Positions 17,877 through 20,000 of a DNA stretch of 20,000 nt are shown piece after piece. Position 1 is the first letter of the stretch. Each line of letters begins with the position of its first letter. Source of the stretch: an uncultured virus (IMG/VR IMGVR_UViG_3300050026_000393). Taxonomy: Duplodnaviria > Heunggongvirae > Uroviricota > Caudoviricetes. The position numbers were made by a program, and so were the translations under genes. The DNA is taken from IMG/VR virus record IMGVR_UViG_3300050026_000393; one strand, written 5' to 3'. The notes under the pieces were generated by a model. The model was given only the letters and a program-made list of their open reading frames with translations. It did no database searches and had not been told where the DNA came from.

Positions 17877-20000
17877 ATGAAAAAATATATTTTAGCATTT
17901 TTACTTTTATTTAGTTTCCCTTGTATTTTTGCACAGAGTACTTCCTTAATCTCTGGTATTCCCTTAAACAATACTTCATCTCCTGTTCCGGGGGGAACTG
18001 TCTCTTTTTCTCTAGAAAATTGTTTATCAGGAACAGCTCCCTTATATAAAATAAATTCCCCCTTATCTTCAACTACGGGAAACTTTGTAATTACCTTACC
18101 ACAAACTACATTTTATGTAGAATACCAATCAAAACTTTTTACCTGTAAATTTTCTCCATATTATCAAGTCCAATTATTAGATTCAACAAACACATTAATC
18201 TGGACAAAATATTATACTTATACAAGTTCAACAGGAGATCTTTCTACTCCAATAACTGTAATAAACTTACCTGTTGGTGATTTTACAACCACATTAAGTT
18301 CATCTTCAGGACTTGTGATTCCGAATTTAACAGTAGACAGCCAAGGCAACATGACTACCACAAAGCAAATTGCTGCAAGTACCCTAGTGGCTGGTGCTAC
18401 GAACTCGGTCACAATTGGTGGAGCCACTGGAAGCTGTGCAGGACAATATGCCAAGGCTGATGGGACCGGATGCGGTACGCCGAGTGGAGGCACGACAGGA
18501 ACTACACCAGCACTTGGCTTTGCTACTCCAACCGCAATTGGCGACTCACTCACGCAAGGAATGGACGGTACTCCATATCCAACACAGATTAGCACTAACC
18601 TAGGACTTGCCGTAACCAACCTGGGCTCATGCGGCCAGACATCAACTCAGATCGCAGAGCGCATCGGAGCAGAATCAGTTACAGTTACACTGACTGGAAA
18701 CTCCATTCCGACTAGCGGCAGCGTGATAATCACGGCATCCAATCCAGTGGGTGTAACGAGCGGCTGCGGTGGTCCGTCAGTAGCCGGAACCATTGCTGGA
18801 GTACCGGGGATAATCTCTTACAGCAGCCCTAATGTGCTGTTCACGCCGACAGTTTATCCGGGAACGGCACAGACCGTCTCGAATCCGGTGCTGTTCACTC
18901 CAACGGTGACAGCGACAGAGTTCAACGGTCTGAATATCATCTGGGTCGGGCGCAACAATTACCCCTCGCTGTCTACAATAATGGCGGACATAGCCGCTAT
19001 AGTAGCCTATCTGCCCACTCCGAAAAACTATCTCATTATGAGCATCATCAATTCTGATAACTACGGGGTTGAGTACATAGGGCAGACTGGCTATAACGAG
19101 ATCGCCGCCGACAATGCAGCTATCGCCGCAGCGTATCCAAACAACTATCTGGATATTTGGTCCATTCTTGTGGCAGCATACAATCCTGCCAGCGCACAAG
19201 ATGTGATTGATAACAGTCACGGCGTGGTTCCAAGCTCTCTGCGGGGAGTCGGAGCTTACGGGACACTCACAGCAGCGGTGACTACGACCGGACAGACTTC
19301 GATAGGAATAGCAGCTTGCCCAGGAGGTTACGGTGGCGGCACGATTGTTGTCGGTACCGAGTTGATGGAGATCACCGCCTGTACATCAAATACAGCGACG
19401 GTGCTTCGCGGATACGCCGGAACATCTGCTGCCACATATCTGATCAACACGGCCTATACGATCACTGATACGATCCATCTGAACACGACAGGGTACGGAC
19501 TTGTATCCAGTTCGGTAGACACATGGATGAGAGCCAACATAAACACGATTCCAAACGTGAACGGAATCTACGACATGCTCTCGACATACCAGGCACAGAA
19601 CTCTACTGCTGGTATGATTACGATGGGCAGCGTAAAATCAGGCACACTGGCAACAGACTTGAATACTCAGACCTCATGGCCTTGGATCGGCTATGCAACT
19701 ACAGCAGCTACGGCTAATATACCAACGACTGGAAGCGGCACATATTACGTCACTGTGCTCAGCATAGGGACTTCTGCGAATTACTTGACCCAGATTGCTG
19801 TAGATACGAATGGACTGCTGTTCACTCGGTCAAAGACCGCGACGTGGGGTTCTTGGAATCAGATTGGAGCATCAGGAACAGCAGGCCAGCTTGCCTATTT
19901 TGCATCCACTGGAACCACGCTCAGCAGCGTTGTAACGCTTCCCGTGCAATCAATTGCAAACTTGGGAGCGCAGACGGTGATTCCAACCGTGCTGACGGGA
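17877..20000 (+). CDS. Signal-peptide-bearing fibre-like protein with SGNH/GDSL esterase and pyocin-knob-like domain, 3'-partial (at least 708 aa; absent from the ORF track)
   Basis: Hand translation from ATG 17877 is open to the window end: MKKYILAFLLLFSFPCIFA|QSTS... SGNH blocks GDSLT (18540), NLGSCGQT, GRNN and DTIH (19467). The segment DLNT...NIP...YLTQIAV...LFTRSK..TWGSWNQI (19656-19869) matches the knob pattern of tail fibres. The N-terminal domain is paralogous to that of 14716. Confidence 0.88.
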   Translation, partial: MKKYILAFLLLFSFPCIFAQSTSLISGIPLNNTSSPVPGGTVSFSLENCLSGTAPLYKINSPLSSTTGNFVITLPQTTFYVEYQSKLFTCKFSPYYQVQLLDSTNTLIWTKYYTYTSSTGDLSTPITVINLPVGDFTTTLSSSSGLVIPNLTVDSQGNMTTTKQIAASTLVAGATNSVTIGGATGSCAGQYAKADGTGCGTPSGGTTGTTPALGFATPTAIGDSLTQGMDGTPYPTQISTNLGLAVTNLGSCGQTSTQIAERIGAESVTVTLTGNSIPTSGSVIITASNPVGVTSGCGGPSVAGTIAGVPGIISYSSPNVLFTPTVYPGTAQTVSNPVLFTPTVTATEFNGLNIIWVGRNNYPSLSTIMADIAAIVAYLPTPKNYLIMSIINSDNYGVEYIGQTGYNEIAADNAAIAAAYPNNYLDIWSILVAAYNPASAQDVIDNSHGVVPSSLRGVGAYGTLTAAVTTTGQTSIGIAACPGGYGGGTIVVGTELMEITACTSNTATVLRGYAGTSAATYLINTAYTITDTIHLNTTGYGLVSSSVDTWMRANINTIPNVNGIYDMLSTYQAQNSTAGMITMGSVKSGTLATDLNTQTSWPWIGYATTAATANIPTTGSGTYYVTVLSIGTSANYLTQIAVDTNGLLFTRSKTATWGSWNQIGASGTAGQLAYFASTGTTLSSVVTLPVQSIANLGAQTVIPTVLTG

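Larger units (their letters stand above)
1..20000 (+). mobile_element. Phage/prophage virion-structure, adsorption and lysis region (whole window)
   Basis: Co-oriented, tightly packed genes (TAAATG, TAATG and TAGTG junctions), tail-fibre motifs, a GH24 lysozyme and a free-standing endonuclease; no housekeeping operon. Free phage and prophage cannot be distinguished within the window. Confidence 0.9.

Noticed and set aside
18834..18908. Short direct repeat GTGCTGTTCAC encoding VLFTPTV twice, 54 nt apart
   Set aside because: Two degenerate in-frame copies within a coding region; a small internal duplication, not a CRISPR or regulatory array.
18218..19717. ORF-track entries 18218-18619(-), 18394-18603(+), 18777-19220(-) and 19523-19717(+)
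   Set aside because: All lie inside the uninterrupted 17877 to >20000 frame, which carries complete SGNH motifs.
1..20000. tRNA, rRNA, CRISPR array, integrase or transposase
   Set aside because: None recognised; intergenic gaps are at most about 120 nt and are accounted for by the motifs listed.

Overview
This window is part of a tailed-phage (or prophage) late region. All 16 credible genes lie on the + strand, mostly abutting or overlapping. In order: a partial tail-fibre gene; five AT-rich, beta-rich structural (baseplate/tail-like) genes, three of which look paralogous; a bacterioferritin inside that operon; a coiled-coil adaptor-like protein; a beta-helix tailspike-like protein; a lectin-like protein; a DUF559/Vsr-like endonuclease; a glycine-zipper protein; a small coiled-coil protein; a GH24 lysozyme; and two large SGNH-esterase fibre-like proteins. 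The second SGNH gene (17877 to beyond 20000) is missing from the supplied ORF track and was translated by hand. The most unusual signal is that four receptor-binding-like proteins carry Sec-type signal peptides and even numbers of Cys, mostly in neighbouring pairs. This suggests phage adhesin/depolymerase appendages that are exported and folded in the periplasm. Two of them share a conserved AT-rich N-terminal module joined to unrelated GC-rich payloads. The bacterioferritin keeps its ferroxidase centre but lacks the heme-ligand Met. A 16-bp near-palindrome recurs in two intergenic gaps. All family calls come from recalled motifs; no database searches were run.
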